A stretch of 64,000 nt of DNA from Myxococcota bacterium (GTDB lineage Bacteria > Myxococcota_A > UBA9160 > UBA6930): positions 3,424,001-3,488,000 of the forward strand of contig OZ245002.1 in assembly GCA_965223415.1 (NCBI GenBank), written 5' to 3'. Positions 38,687-48,687 of this stretch are shown in pieces. Below the pieces are notes generated by a model. It searched no databases, was not told the origin of the DNA, and was given only the letters and a program-made list of their open reading frames with translations. Every line of letters starts with the position of its first letter. The first letter of the stretch is position 1. A program made the translations under genes and the position numbers.

Positions 38687-39566
38687 CGGACTTGTCTCCT
38701 CCCAACATGGCCGCGAAGGCCTCCGGGGTGCCCGGCGGAGGCTCTCCCACCGGGTCGCGCCCCTCGATGATGTTGCGCATGAACGTCTCGATCATGCTCT
38801 CCCAGGGGTGGGGAAGCACGTAGAAGCGCTTCTCCTGGATGGCCGCGGCGACGATGCGTCCGACCTCCAGGGGATCCATGCCGCCGGAGATGAGGCCCTC
38901 CACCACCTTGCGCATGGCCTCGGCCTCCGGCGGGATCTCGACGGCCGGCCGCGGCGTCTCCGGGCGGTTGCGTTCCGAGCTGGCGATGTTGGTCGCTACC
39001 CACCCGGGGCACAGGACCGAGACGCCGACGTGGGGCCCGCGCATCTGCAGGTTGCTCCACAGGGCCTCGGAGATCGCTCGGCAGGCGTGCTTGGTCACGC
39101 CGTAGATTCCGCCGCCCGGCATGAGCCCCGCCATGGAGGCCGTGTTCACCACATGGCCCTCGTCCTGCTCCAGCAGGATCGGGACGAAGGCCCGGATGCC
39201 GTGGACGACGCCCATCAGGTTCACGCCCATCACCCAGTCCCACTCGTCGAGGGGCGCCTCCCAGATGCCGCCGGGTGAGCCGCCGGCGACGCCGGCGTTG
39301 TTGCACACGACGTGGGCCGCGCCGTACTCGTCGAGGGTCCGCCCCGCCAGGGCGTCGACCGCCTCGGGCTTGGAGACGTCGCACGGGACGCCGATCGCCG
39401 TCGCTCCGTCGGCGCGCAGGCCGGCCACCACGTCGTCCAGGACCGCCTGCTCGATGTCGGCGATCACGAGCTTCATCCCCTCTTCCGCGAAGGCCCGGGC
39501 CATGCCCAGGCCGATGCCGCTCGCTCCACCGGTGACGACGGCGACCCGATTTCGAAGGCGTTCCAT
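38679..39566 (-). CDS. Short-chain dehydrogenase/reductase
   Basis: TGGASGIG, NNAGV, NTASMAG, YGVTK. Confidence 0.93.
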   Translation of the reverse strand: MERLRNRVAVVTGGASGIGLGMARAFAEEGMKLVIADIEQAVLDDVVAGLRADGATAIGVPCDVSKPEAVDALAGRTLDEYGAAHVVCNNAGVAGGSPGGIWEAPLDEWDWVMGVNLMGVVHGIRAFVPILLEQDEGHVVNTASMAGLMPGGGIYGVTKHACRAISEALWSNLQMRGPHVGVSVLCPGWVATNIASSERNRPETPRPAVEIPPEAEAMRKVVEGLISGGMDPLEVGRIVAAAIQEKRFYVLPHPWESMIETFMRNIIEGRDPVGEPPPGTPEAFAAMLGGDKSDA

Positions 39567-39628
39567 GGCATCCCTCCTCTCCAGGTCGGCCCACGCTAGC
39601 CCGTCCATGCCTGGTCTACACTGGCCTC

Positions 39629-40816
39629 ATGAAGTTCGGGATCTTCTACGAGCACCAGCTGCCGCGCCCCTGGGACGAAGAGAGCGAGTACCGCCTCCTC
39701 CAGCAGTCCCTGGAGCAGATCGAGCTCGCCGACCGGCTGGGCTTCGACTACGCGTGGGAGGTGGAGCACCACTTCCTGGAGGAGTACTCCCACTCCTCCG
39801 CGCCCGAGGTGTTCCTCGCGGCGGCCAGCCAGCGCACCCGAGACATCCGGTTGGGACACGGCATCGTCCAGTTGACGACGAACCATCCAGCGCGGGTCGC
39901 CGAGCGGGTCTCCACCCTCGATCTCCTCTCCCACGGCCGGGTCGAGCTGGGCATCGGCGAGGGGTCGAGCGTCACCGAGCTGCACCCCTTCGACCGGCGC
40001 TTCCGCGACAAGCGCGCCGTCTGGGAAGACGCAGTGCGCTGTATCCTGCCAATGTTCCAGAAGGAGGCCTGGGAGTACCACGGCGAGTACTTCGATTTCC
40101 CGCTGCGCAACGTGGTGCCGAAGCCGCGCCAGAAACCCCACCCGCCGCTCTGGGTCGCCTGCTCCCAGTTCGAGACGATCGAGATGTGCGGCCGCCGCGG
40201 CATGGGCGTGCTCTCGTTCCAGTTCATCTCGTCCGACATGGCCAGGGCCTGGGTGCACGCCTACTACAACGCCTACACCCGGCGCCTGGAGCTGCTGGCC
40301 GACTACGCGACCAATCCGAACATCGCCGTGGTGAGCCCCTTCATGTGCGCGGAGACCGACGAGGCGGCCCTCGAGAAGAGCGACGGTTCGAGCTTCTTCC
40401 AGTTCGCCCTGCTGTTCTACAACCGCCACGGCCCGATCGAGCCCGGCTCCATCAGCCTGTGGGACGAGTACCAGAAGTGGCGGGAGACCGAAGAAGGCAA
40501 GCGCCTGCGGCGCAACCGCGGCCTGATCGGCTCTCCGGAGGTGCTGCGCGAACGTCTCCGCAAGTTCGAGGCCTCCCACGTCGATCAGGTGATCCTGATC
40601 AACCAGGCGGGTCGCAACACCCACGAGGACATCTGCGAGAGCCTCGAGCTCTTCGCGCGCGAGGTGATGCCCGAGTTCCACGAGCGCGACGGCGAGCATC
40701 AGGCCTGGAAGCAGAAGGTGCTGGCGGGCGACATCGAGCTCGATGAGATCGATCCGTCCGAGCTGACGCCGATCTCCCTGCAGAACCCGAACTGGAAGAA
40801 GCAGCACGGGCTCTAG
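39629..40816 (+). CDS. LLM-class flavin-dependent oxidoreductase
   Basis: MKFGIFYEHQ, EHHFLEEYSHSSAPE, PKPRQKPHPPLWVAC. Confidence 0.93.
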   Translation: MKFGIFYEHQLPRPWDEESEYRLLQQSLEQIELADRLGFDYAWEVEHHFLEEYSHSSAPEVFLAAASQRTRDIRLGHGIVQLTTNHPARVAERVSTLDLLSHGRVELGIGEGSSVTELHPFDRRFRDKRAVWEDAVRCILPMFQKEAWEYHGEYFDFPLRNVVPKPRQKPHPPLWVACSQFETIEMCGRRGMGVLSFQFISSDMARAWVHAYYNAYTRRLELLADYATNPNIAVVSPFMCAETDEAALEKSDGSSFFQFALLFYNRHGPIEPGSISLWDEYQKWRETEEGKRLRRNRGLIGSPEVLRERLRKFEASHVDQVILINQAGRNTHEDICESLELFAREVMPEFHERDGEHQAWKQKVLAGDIELDEIDPSELTPISLQNPNWKKQHGL

Positions 40817-40822
40817 CGGAGG

Positions 40823-42013
40823 TCAGCCCCCGGAGATCGCGAGCTCCGCCGCCGGGTCGGCCGGTGTGTCGTCCCGCAGGTGGTCGAAGAAACCCTCGGG
40901 AAGGGCGACCTTCTGGGTGCCCGACTTCTTGCCGCGGGGAACGCGCATCGCCTCCGGCGGGAAGGCGAGGGACGGGTCCACGTCGGCGAGCACGTCCCCG
41001 AGCTCCGCCAGGGTGGTCACCTGGACCAGGCGGCCGCGCAGGCGCGCACTCCCGGGGAAGCCCTTCGTGTACCAGGTAGCGTGGCGCCGGAAGGCGCGCA
41101 TGGCGGGGCCCTCGCCGAAGAAGTCGGCGAGGAGCCGCGCGTGCTCGAGCATGGTGGCGCGGACGGCGCCGAGGCACGGCGGGTCCTCGGGCTCGCGGCC
41201 GGCGAAGACGCAGGCGAGGTCGCGGAACAGCCAGGGCCGGCCCAGGCAGCCGCGGCCGACCACGACGCCGTCGCAGCCGGTCCGTCGCATCATGCGCAGG
41301 GCGTCCCAGGCCTCCCAGACGTCGCCGTTGCCGAGCACCGGGATGCCGGTCACGGCTTCCTTCAGACGGGCGATGGCGCTCCAATCGGCCTCGCCGTCGT
41401 AGAGCTGGGCTGCCGTTCGGGCGTGGAGCGCGATGGCGGCGCAGCCCTCGACTTCGCCGATGCGGCCGGCCTCGAGGTAGGTCGTGAGGCGCTCGTCGAT
41501 GCCGATGCGGAGCTTGATCGTCACCGGCACCGGGCCGGCGTGCTGCACCACGGCGCGAACGATCTTCGCGAGGAGAGCGGGCCGGGCCGGGATCGCCGCG
41601 CCCCCGCCCTTGCGGGTGACCTTGCGGACCGGGCAGCCGAAGTTCAGGTCGATGTGGTCCACGCGGCCCTCGGAGACGAGCCACGCGGTAGCGCGACCCA
41701 TGCTCTCCGGGTCGACGCCGTAGAGCTGGAGGCTGCGGGGCGCTTCGTCCGGCCCGAAGGCCGCGAGGCGGCGGCTCTTCGGGCTGCCCTCCACGAGCGC
41801 CCGGGCCGTGATCATCTCGCTCACGTAGAGCCCGGCGCGGAGGCCTCCGAACCGGCGGCACAGGGTGCGGAAAGGGGCGTTGGTCACGCCGGCCATCGGC
41901 GCGAGGACGAAGGGCACGGCGACCTCGAGGGGCCCGATGCGGAGCGGCGCGAACTCGCCAGGGCGCGCCGGCGGGACGTCCTTGTTCAGCGGGCTCCGGT
42001 AGCGAGGGTCCAC
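40823..42013 (-). CDS. dusB: tRNA-dihydrouridine synthase B
   Basis: LAPMAGVT, VSEMIT, DLNFGCPVRKV, HARTA, GNGD, GRGCLGRPW. Confidence 0.92.
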   Translation of the reverse strand: MDPRYRSPLNKDVPPARPGEFAPLRIGPLEVAVPFVLAPMAGVTNAPFRTLCRRFGGLRAGLYVSEMITARALVEGSPKSRRLAAFGPDEAPRSLQLYGVDPESMGRATAWLVSEGRVDHIDLNFGCPVRKVTRKGGGAAIPARPALLAKIVRAVVQHAGPVPVTIKLRIGIDERLTTYLEAGRIGEVEGCAAIALHARTAAQLYDGEADWSAIARLKEAVTGIPVLGNGDVWEAWDALRMMRRTGCDGVVVGRGCLGRPWLFRDLACVFAGREPEDPPCLGAVRATMLEHARLLADFFGEGPAMRAFRRHATWYTKGFPGSARLRGRLVQVTTLAELGDVLADVDPSLAFPPEAMRVPRGKKSGTQKVALPEGFFDHLRDDTPADPAAELAISGG

Positions 42014-42017
42014 GGGC

Positions 42018-42290
42018 TCAGGGAGTGCGCGTGACCATCCGGTCGATCGCGTGGACCGGAGCCTGGTCCCCCGCCATCAGGTGTTTGATCGTCGCGTAGA
42101 CCGCTTGCTGCTGCTTCACCCGGGAGAGGCCCTCGAAGCCGGCCGAGACCACCTCTACCTCGAAGTGCCCGGGGCTGGCCGCCCGCACGGACACCTCGGC
42201 CTCGGGCAGCCCCTCGCGGATCGCCTGCTCGAGCTGGGTCGCGATCTCCTCGGGCTTGGGCGGAGGGGAGCTCAGGATCTGGATGGCCAT
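42018..42290 (-). CDS. BolA/IbaG family protein
   Basis: GHFEVEVVS.GFEGLSRVKQQQAVY, VHAI. Confidence 0.92.
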   Translation of the reverse strand: MAIQILSSPPPKPEEIATQLEQAIREGLPEAEVSVRAASPGHFEVEVVSAGFEGLSRVKQQQAVYATIKHLMAGDQAPVHAIDRMVTRTP

Positions 42291-42366
42291 CGGGACAAGT
42301 TAACAAATGGACGCGGCCCCAACGCAGCGGACACGACGCAACAGACAGAACCGGCCCCTTGCGCAA

Positions 42367-42624
42367 CTAGGGGCAGGAAATGCGGGTGGGGGGGCGGTTC
42401 GTGCAGGCGAGCTCGTCGTCCATGCCGCCTGCGGCGGTGCCACAGGCGGTGCGGAGGGCGCCGGCCAGGGCCTCGTCGCGGGTGGCGGCGGCGGCGCGGG
42501 CGCAGTGGGTGCCGCCGGCGGCGGTGACGCAGACTTCGCACTCCACCTGGCCGCTGCGCAGGGTGGCGAAGGCCAGGAGGGCGACGAAGGTCGCGATGCC
42601 CAGGACCGTCCAGACCGCCCGCAT
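42367..42624 (-). CDS. Small membrane-anchored Cys-rich hypothetical protein
   Basis: N-terminal TM helix then six Cys; TGATG overlap with the upstream protease stop. Confidence 0.75.
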   Translation of the reverse strand: MRAVWTVLGIATFVALLAFATLRSGQVECEVCVTAAGGTHCARAAAATRDEALAGALRTACGTAAGGMDDELACTNRPPTRISCP

Positions 42625-44630
42625 CAGCGGGAGAGCAGGATCAGGTCGGCGAGCACGCGCAGGGCCTCCTCGGCGTGGGGCGAGAGCTCGTCGTCGTCGC
42701 CGTGGTCGGCGCCGGCCGGCACCGAGGCGGCGGCGTTGCCCGCGGCGGGCTTGCCGTCGTTCGCGGCCAGCGGCTCCTCGTCGGAGCGCCCGTTGCGTTC
42801 GGCGATCAGGTCGGCAAGGCGGACGATGCCCTCCTCCGACTTCCGCTCGGCCAGCTCCTCGCGCATGGTGGTGAAGAACTCGTTCTCGGTCTGGCGCTGC
42901 TCCGAGCGGCGGGCCAGCTCGACCAGCAGCTCGTTCGTGACCGGCTTCCAGCTCCGGGGTCGGGCCCCGTTCTCGAGGAAGGGATCGATCGACGGGGCGC
43001 GCAGGGAGTGGGCCTGGGCGCTCTCGCCGAACTCGTCGGTGGCGAAGAGCGACGGCGTCACCACGTCCGCCGCCACCCCGGCGTGCTGGGTCGAGCTGCC
43101 CCCGGGCCGGAAGAAGAGGCCGGTCGTCACCTTGAGGGCGCCCAGGCCCGGCCGCAGCGGGAACAGGCTCTGCACCGTACCCTTGCCGAAGGTGTGGTCG
43201 TCCCCGACCACCACGGCGCGCCGGTAGTCCTTGAGCGCGCCGGCCAGGATCTCCGAGGCCGAGGCGCTGACTCGGGACGTCAGGATCACGAGCGGTCCGT
43301 CGTAGAGCACCGAGTCGTCCGGGTCGGGCAGCACCCGGCCCCGATCGCCGCCGTCGCGGACGGCGACCACGCCGCCCTCCTCGATGAAGAAGCCCGAGAT
43401 CGTGACCGCGTCCTCGAGCAGGCCGCCGCCGTTGCGCGAGAGGTCGAGGAGCAGCCCGTCGAGCTTCTCGCGACGCACCTGGGCGAGGAGGCGCCGCACG
43501 TCCCGCGAGCCCAGCCGCTTGGCCGGGTCGCGATCGCCGCCGTAGAAGGACGGCAGGTCGAGGACGCCGACGCGCAGCGTCTTGCCCTCCGTCTCCACGC
43601 TCTCGATGCGCAGCTTGGCCGCCTGCTGCTCCAGGTCGATCTTGTCCCGCTGGATCGCGACCTTGAACCGCTCCGTCGACTCGCCCTGCCGCAAGACGGT
43701 CAGCTGCACCCGCGTGCCCTTGCGCCCCCGGATCAGCCGGACGACGTCGCGCAGCGCCATGTCGATGATGTCGACCGGGTCGCGCCCCTCCTCGGCCACT
43801 GCGACGATGCGATCACCGGGCTCGAGCGCCGAGGCGCGATCCGTCGCGCCGCCGGGGATGACCTGCTCCACCACCGCATAGCCGTCCCGCTCGGTGAGGG
43901 CGACGCCGATGCCCTCCAGCGAGAGCTCCATCTGGATCTGGAAGTCCTCCCACACGTGATTCGACAGGTAGGAGGAATGGGGATCGAGGGCGTTGGCGAA
44001 GGCGTCGAGGAACTGGGCGTAGAGATCCTCCCGGCTGAGCTCGGCGACGCGCTTCGTGACCAGTTCGTAGCGGTGGATGATCCGCTGCTTGGCCTCTTCG
44101 AGGGTCGCGTCCGCCTCCAGGTAGTTGGAGATCTGGAAGTGGACCAAGGTGCGGAGCAGCTCGTCCCGCTCCGCCTTGGTGGCCGGGGAGCCGCGCTCGT
44201 CCGGATCGAGGAGCAGGCTCGCCTGGGTGTCGAGGCTGTAGTCGTCCCGGGCCACGAAGCCCCGCACGAAGCCCTCGATCTCCCGGTTGCGGCCCAGCAC
44301 GTCCTGGTGGAGGCGGCGAAGCCGGCTGCAATCGCTCGAGCGGGTCTCGAGGAAGAGCGAGCGGAGCGAGGCCTCCAGCTCTGCCCGCTCGGACTCGAGG
44401 AAGAACACCCGCTGGGGATCGAGCCGCTTCAGATAGGTCTGGATCGTGCGGCTGCGGATCCCTTCGTCGAGCTGGTGGGCCGCGATGTGCTTCTGGAAGA
44501 AGAAGGTCGTGAGGTCCGGGATGTCGCCACAGGTGAGGGCCGCCCGGGCTGTCGTCGGCAGGATGAGGACGACGGCGAGAAAGAGCGCGGGCCCGGCCGC
44601 GTACCGGCCGGGCCGGAAGAAGACGGCCAT
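42624..44630 (-). CDS. prc: Carboxy-terminal processing protease (Prc/Tsp, S41A)
   Basis: DPHSSY, PDZ GIGV, DLSRNGGG, SASASEI, TFGKGTVQ. Confidence 0.93.
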   Translation of the reverse strand: MAVFFRPGRYAAGPALFLAVVLILPTTARAALTCGDIPDLTTFFFQKHIAAHQLDEGIRSRTIQTYLKRLDPQRVFFLESERAELEASLRSLFLETRSSDCSRLRRLHQDVLGRNREIEGFVRGFVARDDYSLDTQASLLLDPDERGSPATKAERDELLRTLVHFQISNYLEADATLEEAKQRIIHRYELVTKRVAELSREDLYAQFLDAFANALDPHSSYLSNHVWEDFQIQMELSLEGIGVALTERDGYAVVEQVIPGGATDRASALEPGDRIVAVAEEGRDPVDIIDMALRDVVRLIRGRKGTRVQLTVLRQGESTERFKVAIQRDKIDLEQQAAKLRIESVETEGKTLRVGVLDLPSFYGGDRDPAKRLGSRDVRRLLAQVRREKLDGLLLDLSRNGGGLLEDAVTISGFFIEEGGVVAVRDGGDRGRVLPDPDDSVLYDGPLVILTSRVSASASEILAGALKDYRRAVVVGDDHTFGKGTVQSLFPLRPGLGALKVTTGLFFRPGGSSTQHAGVAADVVTPSLFATDEFGESAQAHSLRAPSIDPFLENGARPRSWKPVTNELLVELARRSEQRQTENEFFTTMREELAERKSEEGIVRLADLIAERNGRSDEEPLAANDGKPAAGNAAASVPAGADHGDDDELSPHAEEALRVLADLILLSR

Positions 44631-44674
44631 CCGGGCAAGCTAGCTGACCACCCCCGGGGCCGGAAGCGGGTCCC

Positions 44675-45592
44675 TCAGGGGCGCGGGAGGCCCAGAGAGG
44701 CCAGGTGGTCACCGTCGTGGGCCACGGCCAGGGTGAATCCGTGCTCGCGTTCCAGGCCCGCCAGGAAGCGCCGCATGCGGCCGAGCTGGCCGTCCGCCTC
44801 CGGGACGATCAGGAGCCGGTAGAGCAGCGCCTTCGGGCGGTCGATCCGCGCCGACTCCACGTCGTTCACCACGTCGCCGGTGAAGATCACCCGGCGGGGG
44901 CCGTCCGACGCTGCCACGGAAGCGGCCAGCATCTGGCTGCCCGGGGTGTGACCGGCGGCGTGGATCAACGCGACGCCCGGGAAGCCCGGCACGGCGGCCG
45001 CCGTCCCTTCCGGCACCACGGTGCGCTGGAGGCAGCCCGCTTCGTCGAGGAGATCCGACGTGCTGCCGGTGGTGTAGTTCGTGAGCTCGGCCTGGGCGCG
45101 CACCTGGAAGATCGGCAGCGGCGCGCCGCCGCGGGCTTCGCAGAGGGACCCCGCGCCCTCCACGTGGTCGAAGTGCAGGTGGGTGATCACGACCCCCGCC
45201 ACGCGGCCCGCCAGGGGGCCGAGCTGCTCGCCCACCGAGCCGAAGGTCTCCACCGGCTCGGCGCCCAGCCGCTCGAAGATCGACGAGAAGTCGCGTGCGC
45301 CTTCGGGGCTCATGCCCAGGTCGACGAGCAGCAGGCGACCGTCGCTCCAGCCGAGGGCAAAGGACGGGTGCGTGAGCAGCCGCGGCGGCGGAGCGAAGCT
45401 CGTCTGCCGCGCCGTCTCCAACCACGCGAGGCGAACCGGTCGATCCCGCTCCTCGTCCAGCGCGAGGAGGGAGGACGCCGGCGGCGGGTCCGGGTCCAGC
45501 TCGCGAATCTGGAGCTGGGCCGGGGTCAGGAGCCCAGCTACCACGAGGACGAGGGCCAGCAGCAAGAGGCCGATCAGGCGCAGCCAACGCAC
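44675..45592 (-). CDS. MBL-fold metallo-hydrolase
   Basis: THLHFDH, GHTPGS, TGD, C-terminal AHD. Confidence 0.88.
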   Translation of the reverse strand: MRWLRLIGLLLLALVLVVAGLLTPAQLQIRELDPDPPPASSLLALDEERDRPVRLAWLETARQTSFAPPPRLLTHPSFALGWSDGRLLLVDLGMSPEGARDFSSIFERLGAEPVETFGSVGEQLGPLAGRVAGVVITHLHFDHVEGAGSLCEARGGAPLPIFQVRAQAELTNYTTGSTSDLLDEAGCLQRTVVPEGTAAAVPGFPGVALIHAAGHTPGSQMLAASVAASDGPRRVIFTGDVVNDVESARIDRPKALLYRLLIVPEADGQLGRMRRFLAGLEREHGFTLAVAHDGDHLASLGLPRP

Positions 45593-45602
45593 GGTGTCTC
45601 CC

Positions 45603-46343
45603 TCAAGCCTCGATGGGTTCGGTTCCGACGAAAGCCAGGACGTCCGGCCGGCACACGTAGCGGACCGGCGGGATCTCCAGGCGGCCGTCGGCGATCGAGG
45701 CGGAGACCGGATGGTAGGGGTCGAGACGCGGGTCGCCCCAGGCGGCTCCGTCGAAGTGCGCGAGGTGCGGGCGCAGGCGCTCGGCGCGCTCCAGCCGGGC
45801 CTCCGGCTCGATCTGGATGAGGCGCAGGCCCCGGGGAAGGTGGGCGAGGGTGAGGGAGGAGGAGTACTGCACGTCGCCGGGCGCGAGCGGCTCCGGGTCG
45901 ACGGCCTCGAGCTCGAGGGTCGGCGCCTCGTCCACGGCCACCCGGAGCAGGATCGCGTCGTAGCCCCGGGAGAGCTCCACGCGGCCGCGGCGGATCGGGA
46001 AGCCGAGCTCTTCGGCCAGGGCCGCGCCGGCCGCTTCCGCGTCGCACACGGCGCCGGTGACGAAGCCGCGCGGGCGGGCGCCGCTGCGGCACTGGGCGCG
46101 GGTCTGGACCAGTCGGAAGGGCCCCCAGGGCGAGCGCTCGCAGGCCCAGGCCTGCAACACCAGGGCGGCGGGATTGGTCGGGTGCAGCCCCGGGGGCAGG
46201 ACGGCCTCGCGGGCGCTGCGGGGCATCTCGAACATGGCCTGCAGCACGGTCACGCCTTCCAGGACGAGGGTCTCGCGAGGCAGGGCCGCGACCTGCGGGC
46301 GGCCGCGGCCGAGCGCCACGGGATCGGCGCGGCCGACCATCAT
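45603..46343 (-). CDS. Acetoacetate decarboxylase-like fold protein
   Basis: LPPGLHP, SPWGPF, ELGFP segments; ATGA overlap with the LLM stop. Confidence 0.7.
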   Translation of the reverse strand: MMVGRADPVALGRGRPQVAALPRETLVLEGVTVLQAMFEMPRSAREAVLPPGLHPTNPAALVLQAWACERSPWGPFRLVQTRAQCRSGARPRGFVTGAVCDAEAAGAALAEELGFPIRRGRVELSRGYDAILLRVAVDEAPTLELEAVDPEPLAPGDVQYSSSLTLAHLPRGLRLIQIEPEARLERAERLRPHLAHFDGAAWGDPRLDPYHPVSASIADGRLEIPPVRYVCRPDVLAFVGTEPIEA

Positions 46344-47431
46344 CGGGGGGTGTCTCCCGGGAACGCCGGCATCACCTCGCGGGCGAATAGCCGCATGCTC
46401 TCGAGCACCTCCGCCTGGGGGATCGTCTCCAGGCCGTTCAACAGGAAGTTGATGCCGTCGATGCCCATCGACTCCCAGTGCTTGATGGCGTCGACGATGT
46501 GGGCCGGATCGCCCACACAGATGCCCTCGGCAACGCCGGTCGGGTCCCCCGGGCTGCCACCGCGCTTCGGCGGGCTCGGCGCCAGGTTCGCCAGCGATTG
46601 ATAGGCGCGGGTCGGGTAGGCCTCGCGCGTCCACAGTAGGTGCGCGTTGGCCAGCCCGAAGGTGCCGACCAGCCGCATCCCGGTCTCCGCCGCCCGCTTC
46701 GGGTCCTCGTGGCAGTAGAGGAAGTTGAGCGTGGTCACCTGGTCGTTCACCACCGACGACACCGGGTCGCACTGCTGGATGCGCCGATGATAGGCCCGGG
46801 TGCGTCGCTCCTGCTCCGCGTAGCCCGCGGCCGCGACGCCCAGACACCCGATGCCGCGATCCGCCGCGTCCAGCTCGGTGCCCGGGCTCGTCACCGTCAC
46901 CCACAGCGGCGGGTGGGGCTGCTGGAGCGGCTTCGGCAGGACGTTTCGCTCGGGCATCGAGAAGCAGCGGCCTTGGTAGGCCAGCGGCTCCTCTGCCCAG
47001 AGCTTCGGGAGCACGCGCACGAACTCGTCCCATGTCTTCTTGGTGTCGTCGGGATCGACGCCGAAGCCGCCCAGCTCCGTCCAGGTCGAGGAGCGGGCGG
47101 TGCCGAGCTCCAGCCGCCCCCCGGAGATCAGGTCCAGCGTGGCGGCGCGCTCCGCCACCCGGATCGGGTGGTTCATTTCCGGCACACACACCACCGCGCC
47201 GTGGCCCACCCGGACCCGCTCGGTCTGGGCCGCCACCGCGCTCAGCACCACCTCGGGGGCGGAGCAGTGGGAGTACTCCTCCAGGAAGTGATGCTCGACG
47301 GCCCACACCCACTCGAAGCCCAGCTCGTCGGCGAGGCGCGCCTGCTCCAGGGCGTTCTCGAACACCTGCCGCTCGACCCCGCCCTCGAAGGGCAGTGGCG
47401 TCGACATCTCGAAGAAGATTCCGAAGCGCAC
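46340..47431 (-). CDS. LLM-class flavin-dependent oxidoreductase
   Basis: RFGIFFE, EHHFLEEYSHCSAPE, PKPLQQPHPPLW; GTG with GGAGGAG SD. Confidence 0.93.
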   Translation of the reverse strand: MRFGIFFEMSTPLPFEGGVERQVFENALEQARLADELGFEWVWAVEHHFLEEYSHCSAPEVVLSAVAAQTERVRVGHGAVVCVPEMNHPIRVAERAATLDLISGGRLELGTARSSTWTELGGFGVDPDDTKKTWDEFVRVLPKLWAEEPLAYQGRCFSMPERNVLPKPLQQPHPPLWVTVTSPGTELDAADRGIGCLGVAAAGYAEQERRTRAYHRRIQQCDPVSSVVNDQVTTLNFLYCHEDPKRAAETGMRLVGTFGLANAHLLWTREAYPTRAYQSLANLAPSPPKRGGSPGDPTGVAEGICVGDPAHIVDAIKHWESMGIDGINFLLNGLETIPQAEVLESMRLFAREVMPAFPGDTPR

Positions 47432-47525
47432 GGGGCGGCTCCTCCGGCGGGCCAGTGTGCCGAACTTGGGGGGCGTGGGCAGGGTCGGAATCTGCAACAC
47501 TTCGGGAGACGACCAGGGAGGACCG

Positions 47526-48656
47526 ATGGAGCACCCGACGCCCGGGGGGATCGAGGCCCGTGTCCGGGTCGCTGCCCCGATTGCCGTGGCGTTCGTCCTG
47601 GCGTCCGCCGGCTCGGCCGCCTGGCGCGTCTCGGACGAGCGGTGGCTCCACGCCGGGCTGCTCGCAGCGGCCGCCGTCGCCTACCTCGTGGTCTGGCTCG
47701 GCATGAGGCGCACGCAGAAGGCGGATCCCTGGGTGCCGCTGCTGATCGCGCTGCTGACCGCGACGAGCTGCGTCATCGCGGTCCTGACGGCGGGCGCGGC
47801 GCTCGGCCCGGCCGTGCTGATGGCCCTGCTCCCGATCCTGGGCAGCCTGTTGGTCTCGCCCGCGACGGGCGGCTGGGTCGCGATCGCCGTGTGCGGCTCC
47901 CTGGCGGTGGCGGGCTTCGCCCCGCCGCTCCTGCAGGCGGAGGCACACGTGTTGGGCCAGCCGACCACCCTCGCCGCGATCGGCGTGCTCGCCGTGAGCT
48001 CCTGGGCGGCGAGCGCCTACTACGAGCGCGCCCGCCGGTCGAGCGAGGCGCGCTACATCGCGCTGCGTGAGGAGGCCGAGCGGACGGCGGCGCGCTTCCG
48101 CGCCTACGCCGAGAACGCCCGCGACGTCGTCGCCGAGCTGGCCGAGGACGGCACCATCCTCTACGCGAGCCCCGGTCACGAGCCGATGCTCGGACGGGCC
48201 GCCGAAGAGCTCCTGGGCCGGGCGGACGCGGACGAGATCGTCCATCCCGACGACTATCCCCGGGTCGCCGCGTTCTTCGCCGACATCGTCGCCGGTGGAG
48301 GGGAGGGCGGCGTCTCCGCCCGCTACCTTCGTCCGGACCGCAGCGTGCGCTGGTTGCAGCTCCGCGGCCGCGCCTATTGCAACTCCGACGGCGAGGGCCG
48401 GGTCGTCCTCTTCGCCCGGGACGAGACGCCCGAGCGGGAGGCCGCCGAAGAGCGAGAGGCCCTGATCACGCGCCTCCAGGAAGCCCTCGACAGCATCGAG
48501 ACCCTGCGCGGCATCGTCCCCATCTGCGCCGAGTGCAAGAAGGTTCGCCGGGAAGACGGCGCCTGGGAGCAGGTCGAAGCCTACGTCGCCGCCCATTCCC
48601 TCGCCGACTTCTCCCACGGCTTGTGCGACGACTGCCTGGCCCGCCACGACACGTGA
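47526..48656 (+). CDS. Membrane sensor protein with PAS domain and C-terminal Cys/His metal-binding tail
   Basis: About five TM helices; PAS (YASP, VHPDD); tail LRGIVPICAECKKVR...FSHGLCDDC. Confidence 0.85.
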   Translation: MEHPTPGGIEARVRVAAPIAVAFVLASAGSAAWRVSDERWLHAGLLAAAAVAYLVVWLGMRRTQKADPWVPLLIALLTATSCVIAVLTAGAALGPAVLMALLPILGSLLVSPATGGWVAIAVCGSLAVAGFAPPLLQAEAHVLGQPTTLAAIGVLAVSSWAASAYYERARRSSEARYIALREEAERTAARFRAYAENARDVVAELAEDGTILYASPGHEPMLGRAAEELLGRADADEIVHPDDYPRVAAFFADIVAGGGEGGVSARYLRPDRSVRWLQLRGRAYCNSDGEGRVVLFARDETPEREAAEEREALITRLQEALDSIETLRGIVPICAECKKVRREDGAWEQVEAYVAAHSLADFSHGLCDDCLARHDT

Positions 48657-48687
48657 CCCCAGGGATCGGACGCGGTACCCCTTGGCC

